DNA of 64,000 bases from Mobula hypostoma (lineage: Eukaryota), in contig NW_026948219.1 in the NCBI RefSeq assembly GCF_963921235.1, positions 310,001 through 374,000 on the forward strand, read 5' to 3'. The notes beneath the pieces are model-generated. The model was not told the DNA's origin. It did not search any database and was given only the letters and a program-made list of their open reading frames with translations. The position numbers and the translations under genes are program-made. Below, piece by piece: positions 1 to 11,574 of the stretch. Each line of letters starts with the position of its first letter. Position 1 is the first letter of the stretch.

Positions 1-3000
1 CACCCGTCCCACTGCGTTACATTTATTGGAAAAGGCAATGATCAGTGTCTGGGCTGAAATCCTGGGATTCGATGGTGAGGAACGGAAGGAATATTTCATC
101 AAAAATTTTGAAGATCAGTCGGTGGCGGCAGATGTTTTCAAACACGTGAAGGAGAACGAGATCCTGTACACCATGAGCTACAACCCTTCCTACTGCCTGT
201 TCCTCGCTCTGACACTGGGCCCCTTCTTCACACAAAGAGACGGGGACTCGCAGCCATTTCCCAAGACCATCACCCAACTGTACTCCTACTATATTTACAA
301 CATCCTGAAAAACCACGGCCGTGAGATTGAGAACCCCCGTGATGTGTTACTCAGGGTTGGTCAGATGGCCTTCAGAGGAGTGTCCGAGAAGAAGATTGTG
401 TTTACAGGTGGAGATTTAATCAAAAACAATCTGCAGCCTTCCCAATTCCTGTCCGGGTTCCTGATGGAGCTTTTGGAGAGAGAGGATTCTGCCCGGAGCG
501 TGGTGTACACATTCCCTCACCTCACTATCCAAGAGTTTGTAGCTGCCGTCGCACAATTCCTGAATCCACATCCCGGGGATATCCTGAAATTCCTCACTGA
601 ATCCCATAACACGACAGATGGTCAATTTCATGTATTTCTTCGTTTTGTTGCTGGTCTCTCCTCCCCAATGACAGCTCGGGGCCTGGAGGAGTTTCTGGGT
701 CCATTTCCTGAACAAACAACCTGCCGGGTGATTGACTGGGTGAAGAAGGAGGTTAAACGTCAGAGTGGAAACACATGGAGTGAAGCTGGTAAAAGGAGCC
801 TCCTGAACACATTACACTACCTGTTTGAGTCTCAGAATTGTGAGGTCGCACTGGGATCTGTGAAAAAACTTTCATTCAGTGGAATGACACTAACCCTGTT
901 TGACTGCGCTGTCCTGTCTCATGTCATCGGACTCTGTGATACAATAAAACATCTCAATCTGGAGGACTGTCACATTCAGTGTGAAGGAATCCAGCGGCTG
1001 GGACCCGGGCTGTACAAGTGCCAGGAGTTGAGGTAACTTGATTTATCTCTCACTCTGAACTGTGAAACTGTTCCATTGTGTTGTTTCAATGTAAAGGGAT
1101 TCAGGTGAAACTACAATAAGTCAAATTGTGAATGCCCAGGGTATCAGTCAGTAATTCCGCAAGGACGGGAGGGTTCTGTGGTTCCTTGTGAAGGGATGTT
1201 GGAGACTTCATCAGATCAGTGAACAACGGCCATTGGTTTAGTGGTAGTAAATCACAGAAATGGCCCTGTTTCTCACTACCTGTGACACGTACATTGACAA
1301 TGTTCATTCTCACTGTTACTGACACCCGGACCGGCACTGACTGCAGCAGGTGGGTCAGAAATTCACACCCCCTTCCCGGTCGGGACAAGAGACCGTCAGC
1401 AGACTGGCCCAGTGAGAAGGAAAGAAATACCATTGTGAGATTGTCCTCCCCTGCCCTTCCCCGTGTGTGACTATCACCATCAGTCTACCTGTGTGACTGT
1501 GCTAAGTAGCAGATACCCAGACCCCATGGGCACATCTTCTCTCTCGATTATGATCCTCGGTTCAGACCCAACCCTCCCGGACAATCTATTACTGCATCCT
1601 CTCTTCTTGTAGGATAATCGTTTCCCCTCAGACCCTCTTGTGGAACCTCTCATCCCCACTCCCCTTCCTTTCTTGGGGATCTCTTCCCCGTCCCATTCCT
1701 CCTGCGGGCTCTCTCATCCCCATCCCCCTTCCGTTCCTGGGTTTCTCTCTTCATCGCCTTGTGTATCTCTGTTCTCCATCTCCGTTCATCCCGTCCGATC
1801 TCTCTTCGCCATCTCCCTTTCTCCTGTGGGATCTCTCTTCCCCATTCCCCTTCCTCCTGAGAAATCTCTCTTCCCCATCTCCCATCCTCCTGTTGGATCT
1901 CTCTTCTCCACCCCGCTTCCTCAGGTGGGGACTCGTACATAGTCTCTCATCGACACTTTCAGATTAACAAATCTTCCTCGCTGTTGGACTTACTCTCATT
2001 TTCCAACTCTGCCCCTTCCGACCTTCTCAGGTCAGGGAGACTTTTCCAACCATTGGGAAATGACACAGAATATGTGGAGTTTACAGGGTCGCACCAGCAG
2101 GTTAAATTACTAACATTCGGTGAATACCCTGGAGCTGGGCAGTGAGGGACATTGACAATGATGGGAACTCCGATCAGTGATTTACTGAGTATCTGAGTGA
2201 GAGAAATTCCCTCAGACCCACGGTTTGAATCACTTTGTTCATCATTTTTTTTTTCTGTTTGTGTTTAGCCTTGGGTGGAATAAACTGGAAGATTCAGGAG
2301 TGAAACTGGTGTCTGCGGTTCTGAGGAACCCGGAGTGTAAAATACAGAAACTGTGGTAAGTACCAGACTGTGTGAGATTGTGTTTACAGTCACTGGGTGT
2401 CTGACACTGAACATTAAAGTGATCAGTAATTGTGTTACTGATAAACTCTGGGGATTTGTACCGTCTCCTGTCTCTCTGTGTCCTTCACCCCCACTCTCTC
2501 TCATCTCCAGGCTAGACAATGTCGGTCTCACAGATTCTGCTGTCGAGGATCTCGCCTCCGCTCTCAGTACAAACCCATCACTGACGGAGCTGGATCTGGG
2601 TGCTAATAAACTGGGAGATTCAGGAGTGAAACTGGTGTCTGAGGCTCTGAGGAACCCGGAGTGTAAAATACAGAAACTGGGGTAAGTACCAGACTGTGGG
2701 AGATTGTGCTTACAGTCACTGGGTGTCTGACACTGAACATTAATGTGATCAGTAATTGTGTTACTGATAAACACTGGGGATTTGTACCATTTCCTGTCCC
2801 TCTGTGTCCTTCACCCTCACTCTCTCTCATCTCCAGGCTAGACAATGTCGGTCTCACAGATTCTGCTGTCGAGGATCTCGCCTCCGCTCTCAGTACAAAC
2901 CCATCACTGACGGAGCTGGATCTGGGTGCTAATAAACTGGGAGATTCAGGAGTGAAACTGGTGTCTGAGGCTCTGAGGAACCCGGAGTGTAAAATACAGA

Positions 3001-6000
3001 AACTGTGGTCAGTACCAGACTGTGGGAGATTGTGTTTACAGTCACTGGGTGTCTGACACTGAACATTAATGTGATCTGTAATTGTGTTACTGATAAACAC
3101 TGGGGATTTGTACCGTCTCCTGTTTCTCTGTGTCCTTCACCCTCACTCTCTCTCATCTCCAGGCTGAATGACGTCGGTCTCACTGCTAATGGTGCCAAGG
3201 ACCTCATCTCCACTCTCAGTACAAATTGATCACTGACAGAGCTGAGTTTGAATGATAATAATCTGGGAGATTCAGGAGTGAAACTGTTGTCGGACTCACT
3301 GAGGAAGCGGGAATGGAAAATACAGAAACTGTGGTAAGTACCAGACTTTGGGAGATTGTGTTTACAGTCACTGGGTGTCCGACACTGAACACTAATGTGA
3401 TCAGTAATTGTGTTACTGATAAACAGTGGGTATTTATATGGTCTCCTGTCTCTCTGTGTCCTTCACCCTCTCTTTCTCTCATCTCCAGGCTGTGGAATGT
3501 CGGTGTCACAGTTTCTGGTGCCGAGGATCTCTCCCCTGCTATCAATACAAACCGATCATTGACCGAGCTGAAGCTGAATGATAATCAGCTGGGAGATTAC
3601 GGAGTGAAACTGGTGTCTGCGGCTCTGAGGAAAGCGGAGTGTAAAATACAGAAACTGGGGTAAGTACCAGACTGTGGCAGATTGTGCTTGCAGTCAATGG
3701 GTGTCTGACACTGAACTTTAATATCATCAGTAATTACGTTCCTGATAAACTCTGGGGATTTGTACCATCTCCTGTCTCTCTGTGTCCTTCACCCTCACTC
3801 TCTGTCATCTCCAGGCTGAGGAATGTCGGTCTCACAGATTCTGGTGTCGAGGATCTCGCCTCCGCTCTCAGTACAAACCGATCACTGACGGAGCTGAACC
3901 TGAGTGCTAATAAACTGGGAGATTCAGGAGTGAAACTGGTGTCTGCGGCTCTTAGGAACGTGCAGTGTAAATTACAGAAACTGTGGTAAGTACCAGTCTG
4001 TGGGAGATTGTGTTTACTGTCTCTAATCGACACTGAACATTAATGTGATCAGTAATTGTGTTACTGATAAACACTGGGGATTTGTACCGTCTCCTGTCTC
4101 TCTGTGTCCTTCACCCTCACTCTCTCATATCCAGGCTGTATGATGTCGGTCTCACTGCTAATGGTGCCAAGGACCTCATCTCCACTCTCAGTACAAATCG
4201 ATCACTGACAGAGCTGAGCTTGAATGATAATAATCTGGGAGATTCAGGAGTGAAACTGTTGTCGGCTGCGCTGAGGATCTCGAAGTGTAAATTACAGAAA
4301 CTGTGGTAAGTACCAGACTGTGGGAGATTGTGTTTACAGTCACTGGGTGTCTGACTCTGAACATTAATGTGATCAGTAATTGTGTTACTGATAAACACTG
4401 GGGATTTGTACCGTCTCCTGTCTCTTTGTGTCCTTCACCCTCACGATATCTTATCTCCAGGCTGAGGAATGTCGGTCTCACAGATTCTGGTGTCGAGGAT
4501 CTTGCCTCCGTTCTCAGTACAAACCCATCACTGACAGAGCTGAACCTGGGTGCTAATGAACTGGGAGATTCAGGAGTGAAACTGGTGTCTGCGGCTCTGT
4601 CGAATTCGAAGTGTTGTATACAGAAACTGTGGTCAGTACCAAACTGTGGGAGATTGTGTTTAGAGTCACTGGGTGTCTGACACTGAACATTAATGTGATC
4701 AGTAATTGTGTTACTGATAAACACTGGGGATTTGTACCGTCTCCTGTCTCTCTGTGTCCTTCACCCTCACTCTCTCTCATCTCCAGGCTTTTTGATGTCA
4801 GTCTCACTGCTAATGGTGCCAAGGACCTCATCTCTACTCTCAGTACAAGTCGATCTCTGAAAGAGCTGAGTTTGAATGATAATAACCTGGGAGATTCGGG
4901 TGTGAAACTGGTGTCTGCGGCGTTGAGGGACTCGGAGTGTAACATACAGAAACTGTGGTAAGTAGCAGACTGTTGGAGATTGTGTTTACAGTCACTGGGT
5001 GTCTGACACTGAACATTAATGTGATCGGCAATTATCTTACTGATACATACTGTGAATTTGCACCATCTCCTGTCTCTCTGTGTCCTTCACCCCCACTCTC
5101 TCTCATCTCCAGGCTGTGGAATGTCGGCCTCACAGATTCTGGTGCCGGAGATCTTAACGCCACTCTCGGAGGAAACCCATCACTGACGGTGCTCAATCTG
5201 AATAATAACAAGTTGGAAGATTCAGGAGTGAAACTGGTGTCTGCGGCTCTGAAGAAATCACGTTGTAAATTACAGGAATTGGGGTAAGTACTAGTCTGTA
5301 TGAGATTGTGTTTACAGTCACCGAGTGTCTGACACTGAACATTAATGTGATCAGTAATTGTGTTACTGATAAACACTGGGGATTTGTACCGTCTCCCATC
5401 TCTCTGTGTCCTTCACCCTCACTCTCTCTCATCTCCAGGCTGAGGGATGTCGGTCTCACAGATTCTGGTGCCAAAGATCTCGCCTCCGCTCTTAGTACAA
5501 ACCGATCATTGATGGAGCTGAACCTGAATGATAATAAACTGGGAGATTCAGGAGTGAAACTGGTGTCTGAGGTTCTAAAGAAGGCGAACTGTAAAATCCA
5601 AAAACTGTGGTAAATACCAGAGAGTGGGAGATTGTCACTGCATATTTGACACTGAACATTAATATGATTAGTCATTATATTATTGATTAACAGTGTGAAT
5701 ACGTACAGTTTCCTGTCCCTCTGTGTTCTTCAACCTGATTCTCTCTCTTCTCCAGGCTGCGGGATGTCGGTCTCACAAATCCTGGTGCCAAGGACCTCGC
5801 TTCCGCTCTCAGTTCGAACCCATCACTGACGGAGCTGAACCTGGGTGCTAATAAACTGGGAGATTCAGGAGTGATACTGCTGTCTGCGGCTCTGAAGAAT
5901 TCGGAGTGTAAAATACAGAAACTGTGGTAAGTACCAGACTGTGGGAGATTGTGTTTACAGTCACTGGGTGTCTGACACTGAACATTAATGTGATCAGTAA

Positions 6001-9000
6001 TTGTGTAACTGATAACACTGGGGATTTGTACCGTCTCCTGTCTCTCTGTGTCCTTCACCCTCACTCTCTCTCATCTCCAGGCTAGACAATGTCGGTCTCA
6101 CAGATTCTGCTGTCGAGGATCTCGCCTCCGCTCTCCGTACAAACCAATCACTGACGGAGCTGAGTTTGAATGATAATAAACTGGGAGATTCAGGAGTGAA
6201 ACTGGTGTCTGCGGCTCTGAGGAAGCCGGAGTGTAAAATACAGAAACTGTGGTAAGTACCAGACTGTGGGAGATTGTGTTTACAGTCACTGGGTGTCTGA
6301 CACTGAACATTAATGTGATCAGTAATTGTGTTACTGATAAACACTGGGGATTTGTACCGTCTCCTGTCTCTCTGTGTCCTTCACCCTCACTCTTTCTCAT
6401 CTCCAGGCTGAGGAATGTCGGTCTCACAGATTCTGGTGCCAAGGATCTCGACTCCGCTCTCAGAACAAACCCATCACTGACGGAGTTGAACCTGAGTGGT
6501 AATAAACTGGGAGATTCAGGAGTGAAATTGGTGTCTGAAGCTCTAAGGAACTCAGAGTGTAAAATACAGAAACTGTGGTCAGTACCAAACTGTGGAATAT
6601 TGTGTTTACAGAGACTTGGTGTCTGACACTGAACATTAATGTGATTTGTAATTATATTACTGATTAACAGTGTGGATATGAACAGTCTCGTGTCTCTCTG
6701 TGTTCTTCACCCTCACTCTCTCTCATCTCCAGGCTGCAGAATGTCGGTCTCACAGATTCTGGTGCCAAGGATCTCGTCTCCACTCTCAGTACAAGCCCAT
6801 CACTGATGGAGTTGAACCTGAATGATAATGAACTGCGAGATTCAGGAGTGAAACTGGTGTCTGCAGCTCTAAGGGACTCGAACTGTGAAATACAGAAACT
6901 GTGGTCAGTATCAAACTGTGGGAGATTGTGTTTACAGGCACTTAATGTCTGACTCTGAATATTAATGTGATCAGTAATTGTGTTACTGATAAACACTGGG
7001 GAATTGTACCGTGTTCTGTCTCTCTGTGCCCTTCAAACTCACTCTCTCTCATCTCCAGGCTCAGGGATGTCGGTCTCACAGATTCTGGTGCCGGCGATCT
7101 CGTCTCCGCTCTCAGTACAAACCGATCACTGACGGAGCTGAACCTGGGTGCTAATAAACTGGGAGATTCAGGAGTGAAACTGGTGTCTGCGGCTCTGAGG
7201 AAATCGGAGTGTAAAATACAGAAACTGTGGTAAGTACCAGACTGTGGGAGATTGTGTTTACAGTCACTGGGTGTCTGACACTGAACATTAATGTGATCAG
7301 TAATTGTGTTACTGATAAACACTGGGGATTTGTACCGTCTCCTGTCTCACTGTGTCATTCACCCTCAGTCTGTCTCATCCCAGGCTGTATGATGTCGGTC
7401 TCACTGCTAATGGTGCCAAGGAGATCATCTCCACTCTCGGTACAAATCGATCACTGACAGAGCTGAGTTTGAATGATAATAAACTGGGAGATTCAGGAGT
7501 GAAACTGGTGTCTGCGGCTCTGAGGGTCTCGGAGTGTAAAATACAGAAACTGTGGTAAATACCAGACTGTGGGAGATTGTGTTTACAGACACAGGGTGTC
7601 TGACACTGAACATTAATGTGATCAGTAATTGTGTTACTGATAAACACTGGGGATTTGTACCGTCTCCTGTCTCTCTGTGTCCTTCACCCTCACTCTCTCT
7701 CATCTCCAGGCTGAGGGATGTCGGTCTCACAGATTCTGGTGTCGAGGATCTCGTCTCCGCTCTCAGTACAAACCCATCACTGACGGAGCTGAACCTGAGT
7801 TATAATAAACTGGGAGATTCAGGAGTGAAACTGGTTTCTGCGGCTCTGAAGAATTCAGACTGTAAAATACAGAAATTATGGTCAGTAGCAGAATGGGGTA
7901 GAGTTTGTTTACGGTCACTGGGTGTCTGACACTGAACATTAATGTGATCAGTAATTGTGTTACTGATAAACACTGGGGATTTGTTCCGTCTCCTGTCTCT
8001 CTGTGTCCTTCACCCTCACTCTCTCACATCTCCAGGCTGATGAATGTCGGACTCACAGATTCAGCTGCTGGAGATTTTGTGTCCGCACTCGGTACAAAAA
8101 CTTCACTAATGGTGCTCACCCTGAATAACAATAAACTGGGAGATTCAGGAGTGAAACTGGTGTCTGCGGCTCTGATGAAATCACGGTGTAAATTACAGGA
8201 ATTAGGGTAGGTACCAAACTGTAGGAGGTTGTGTTTAGAGTCACTGGGAGTCTGATACTGAACATTAATGTGATCAGTAATTGTGTTACTGATAAACACT
8301 GGCGATTTGTACCGTCTCCTGTCTCTCTGTGTCCTTCACACTCACTCTCTCTCATCTCCAGGCTGAAACATGTCGGTCTCACAGATTCTGGTGCCGGCGA
8401 TCTCGCCTCCGCTCTCAGTACAAACCCATCACTGACGGAGCTGAACCTGAATGATAATCATCTGGGAGATTCAGGAGTGAAACTACTGTCGGCGGCTCTG
8501 AGGAAGGCAGACTGTAAAATACAGAAACTGTGGTAAATAGCCAACAGAGGGAAATTGCCACTGGGTGTCTGACACTGAACATTAATGTGATTAGTAATTA
8601 TGCTCCTGCTTAACACTGTGGATATGAACAGTCTCGTCTCTCTTTCTGTCCTTCACCCTCACTCTCTCTCATCTCCAGGCTGGAGAATGTCGGTCTCACA
8701 GATCCTGGTGTCGAGGATCTCGTCTCCGCTCTCAGTACAAACCCATCACTGACAGAGCTGGACCTGGGATTAAACTCGCTGACAGACCGATCTGTCCCCG
8801 CTCTCCGCCACCTCATACTGATCCTCCCAAGTCTGGAGCGGATCCTGTGAGTGTTTGTGTTAATGTTCAATGTGATAAAATATCAGCGGATCCGCGGGTT
8901 TTCTGGTGATATTTGTCTGTGAGTGTTGTTGAAACATTAACCCCAGTCCCCTGTTACTGACACTGTTGTGTAATCTGTTTATTTCATCTTTATTCTCCCA

Positions 9001-9098
9001 TCTGTTTCAGGCTGTACGGGAATCAGTTCAGTCAGACAGGGAGGAAGGAACTGAGATCTCTGCAGGAACCCAGACCCGGACTGACAGTGGATCTGTGA
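1..9098 (+). CDS. NLR (NACHT + RI-type LRR, NLRP3/NLRC3-like) gene, 5'-partial, multi-exon; LRR exon 3 contains a premature stop
   Basis: Exons with GT-AG boundaries, all phase 2: <1-1032, 2269-2355, 2511-2681, 2837-3007, 3163-3333 (TGA 3227-3229), 3489-3659, 3815-3985, 4135-4305, 4461-4631, 4787-4957, 5113-5283, 5439-5609, 5756-5926, 6081-6251, 6407-6577, 6733-6903, 7059-7229, 7384-7554, 7710-7880, 8036-8206, 8362-8532, 8679-8846, 9011-9098 (stop TGA 9096-9098). Confidence 0.9.
2..1032 (+). CDS. Large NACHT-associated exon (sensor-1 TRP, HD1, WHD, HD2, first LRRs)
   Basis: Frame from position 2: [12 protein letters not shown]...EILGF, YNPSYC, winged-helix [30 protein letters not shown]. Ends at AG|GTAACT donor (1033). 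Confidence 0.93.
1600..1930. repeat. Degenerate pyrimidine-rich minisatellite in the first NLR intron
   Basis: Recurring GGATCTCTCTTCCCCATCTCCC-like units, about 33 bp. Confidence 0.6.
2356..8846 (+). repeat. Tandem array of ~326-bp intron+LRR-exon units (about 20 units)
   Basis: Unit = GTAAGTACCAGACTG...CTCATCTCCAG intron (~146-155 nt) plus a 171-nt exon encoding [57 protein letters not shown]. Confidence 0.97.
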
Positions 9099-9750
9099 AC
9101 ATCTGAATGTGTGAACATCCCAGCCTGCGGGATGGGGACATTTTGGCCGATTCCCAGCCCTCCCCTTTAACTCCCCCCTTACCTTTAATGGCCGCGTGCC
9201 AGGTTTAATTCCCAACGGTTTTAACGGATCGGGCGCCACGCTCGCGCTGTGTGTCATTCATTGCGCTCCCGTAGTGACGTATTTCTGCCTGTTGTACCGC
9301 GGCGCAGCTTCCGCCGGATGTGCGGGTTGAGACCCCGCCCACGTGAGACCCTGGGGAATTACGCAGTCAGGAAGATACCGGAGGCCGGGGCTCAGTCTGG
9401 GACACCGGTGTCCCGGGGTGGGATTATCCCGGGAGAGAATCCTTTTGCTCCCTTTGCTGAGGACGGTGCATTCGGCAGTCTGGCCGATATAATGATGTTA
9501 AATAGACAAATACCTCGGCAGTGACCCTGGATCTGCAGCGATCCCGGTCACGGCCCTGAAGTGTGATTTTATTATCATCGGTTCCCCGATGCAGAATGAC
9601 AGTGAGAAACGGGACTGATTATTCAACCGGTCACCCGTTGTTGCCGGTCAGTTAATTGTGTGTGACTGTGAGTGAGTCGGAAGCAGTTTATTTATTCCCG
9701 CATGTCAGCAGCTCACACATTGTTTAATTTACATTTGTCATGATGAAATC

Positions 9751-9756
9751 AATAAA
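9751..9756 (+). terminator. Putative polyadenylation signal of the NLR gene
   Basis: AATAAA ~650 nt after the stop, followed by a T/GT-rich tract. Confidence 0.65.
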
Positions 9757-9857
9757 CCAATGTAACTTTCTGTCTTGCTGTCAGACTTGAGTTTTATTTG
9801 AGGTTTCTGCTGCCCACCTCAACCTGTGCCCTGAGCTCCTCACACTGCCACAGCAGC

Positions 9858-9923
9858 GTCTCATCTCTGGGCTGAGGAAGGCCGGACTGGCAGAATCTGG
9901 GTGGCCAGGATCTCATCTCCACC
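9858..9923 (+). pseudogene. Decayed orphan half-LRR exon downstream of the polyA site
   Basis: TCATCTCTGG|GCTGAGGAAGGCCGGACTGGCAGAATCTGG...GGATCTCATCTCCAC resembles TCATCTCCAG|GCTGAGGAATGTCGGTCTCACAGATTCTGG...GGATCTCGTCTCCAC; acceptor AG lost. Confidence 0.6.
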
Positions 9924-10081
9924 AAAGCCTCTTCCTCGCTAACTGTCCCCCTTCTGCCCGCCCCCAACCACCTCCCCCCTACCCCGTCACGGCAGATGGT
10001 TAAAATCGACTATAATATCAGACATAAGTACACTGATGTCCTGACTACAAGAGGGATGGGGGATGGAATACCAGCGTTAAA

Positions 10082-10200
10082 TACAGAGTGAATCTCATGC
10101 CACACTAACCCATCACACACTCCCGGGGTCGGACACAGAGTGAATCTCCCTCTATACCGTCCCGTCACTCACTCCCAGGATTAGACACAGAGTGGAGCTG
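10082..10200. repeat. Two copies of a ~51-bp satellite unit
   Basis: ACAGAGTGAATCTC...CCCATCACACACTCCCGGGGTCGGAC repeated. Confidence 0.7.
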
Positions 10201-10249
10201 TGCTGAATGAGCTGGGAGAAATCGAGGAAAAAACCGTTGTATTAAGGTC

Positions 10250-11570
10250 GTGAGAAACTTTGGAGGTGGTTCGAAATGTCTCTTGGACATGTGAGTGAGT
10301 GGTTGGGTTAGCGTGGAAGCTTCGTTTGGAGTTTTTCTGCCAGTTTGGACTGGGTTTGTTCGTGGCTGCTAGCTGCATAACTCCCAGCTGCGGCCGCTGG
10401 CAACTCGCCAGGAAGCCGGTTCACTCCAAAAACTGGAGACAAACGCCGTTGTTCCCCCACTAACATCAGGACAACGTCCTTCCATCTTCATCGCCGTGAT
10501 TATCGTTCGGTGCAGGAGCCGGAGGATCTGTTGAGATGTCTCGACCTCTCACGGCCTGGGAGTTCTGCAGGACCGACGGAGCTTTTACTGGCATTGGAAT
10601 TTCTGGCGTCGAGCCAGCAAGGTACTGTCGAGTACAAACTTTTCCGGCCAGTTACTCTACTCGATCCAGGACATTATAACCGACATCGCTGTATATTTCT
10701 CGATTCGGACATACTGCCAACATGCCGGACCAGTCTCCAGGCCTTCGGGGAGTTATGAAAAAGCGGCTGCCTCTCCAACTTCGGACAACGCCCTGTTTCG
10801 GTCGGTGAATATCCTGGAACTACTCTAGAAAAGTGCGCGGAAGCCATGGAGGACCTGGTGGGGAAGGATGGTATTTTGGCCACCGAGAAAGAGTTCGGGA
10901 AGGCAGAGTTTTATCTGAGAAATGATGAGTTGATGCATCGGGCTCTCAGTAGGGGGATAACGGTGGAAAACATCTTTCTACAGATGGAGCTGGTGGCAGC
11001 TCCCACGCAAGGTATCGTCCTCCGTCACGTTAAGCCTTCCATCCTCAACGAGGACCTGCTTCCTGCACTAGCAAGTAAAGTCGGAGATAACTGCCATCAG
11101 GCACAAATTTAAGAGATGCACCCTCCGTACTGTAATCTCTTTCCGGCGTCAGGTATTCATGCAGCTGGAACGGGAGGACGACGTTGGGGTCCGGTTTACT
11201 CTCCAGCACGAAAGGGTAGACTATCAGGTGTATTGGAGCTCTGAGCGCCCACGGTGCCATGCGTGCAGGGAGGTGGGGCACTTTCGGAGGGTCTGTCCTA
11301 ACACCCGAAACCCTAGGAAGTTCACTTCGGGCACCAGTGCCCCAGCTACCTCTGCCCCTGATCCTATCCCTGTGCCTGCATCTGCGTCTGCCCCTGACGC
11401 TGTCCCTATCCTTGACCCTGCACCCAACCCCTGTCCCTACTCCTACGTCTGTTTCAGTCGCTGCTCCTGTCCCTGCGGTTCAGGCGGGAGATCTTGAGGC
11501 TACATGCAGACAGATTCAGGCGAGGGAAGGGGTGGAGCCTGTGCGGGGCAAGAAAGCGAAGAAGATCGCA
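10250..11570 (+). mobile_element. L1/Tx1-type LINE 5' part: disrupted ORF1 with CCHC zinc knuckle
   Basis: CAEAMEDLVGKDGILATEK...; RPRCHACREVGHFRRVCP knuckle followed by a Pro/Ala-rich linker; frameshifts. 5' boundary approximate. Confidence 0.7.
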
Positions 11571-11574
11571 TGGA

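Noticed and set aside
2356-8540. In-frame TAA at the start of most introns as a designed truncation switch
   Set aside because: Automatic result of phase-2 introns beginning GTAA; no intronic polyA evidence.
2356-8678. RAG recombination signal sequences in the array introns
   Set aside because: GACTGTG/CACTGGG only loosely resemble the heptamer, and no nonamer was seen at 12/23 spacing.
2265-8870. Many minus-strand and intron-spanning ORFs ([10 protein letters not shown]..., [10 protein letters not shown]...)
   Set aside because: By-products of the repeated unit; the spliced plus-strand LRR frame explains the signal.
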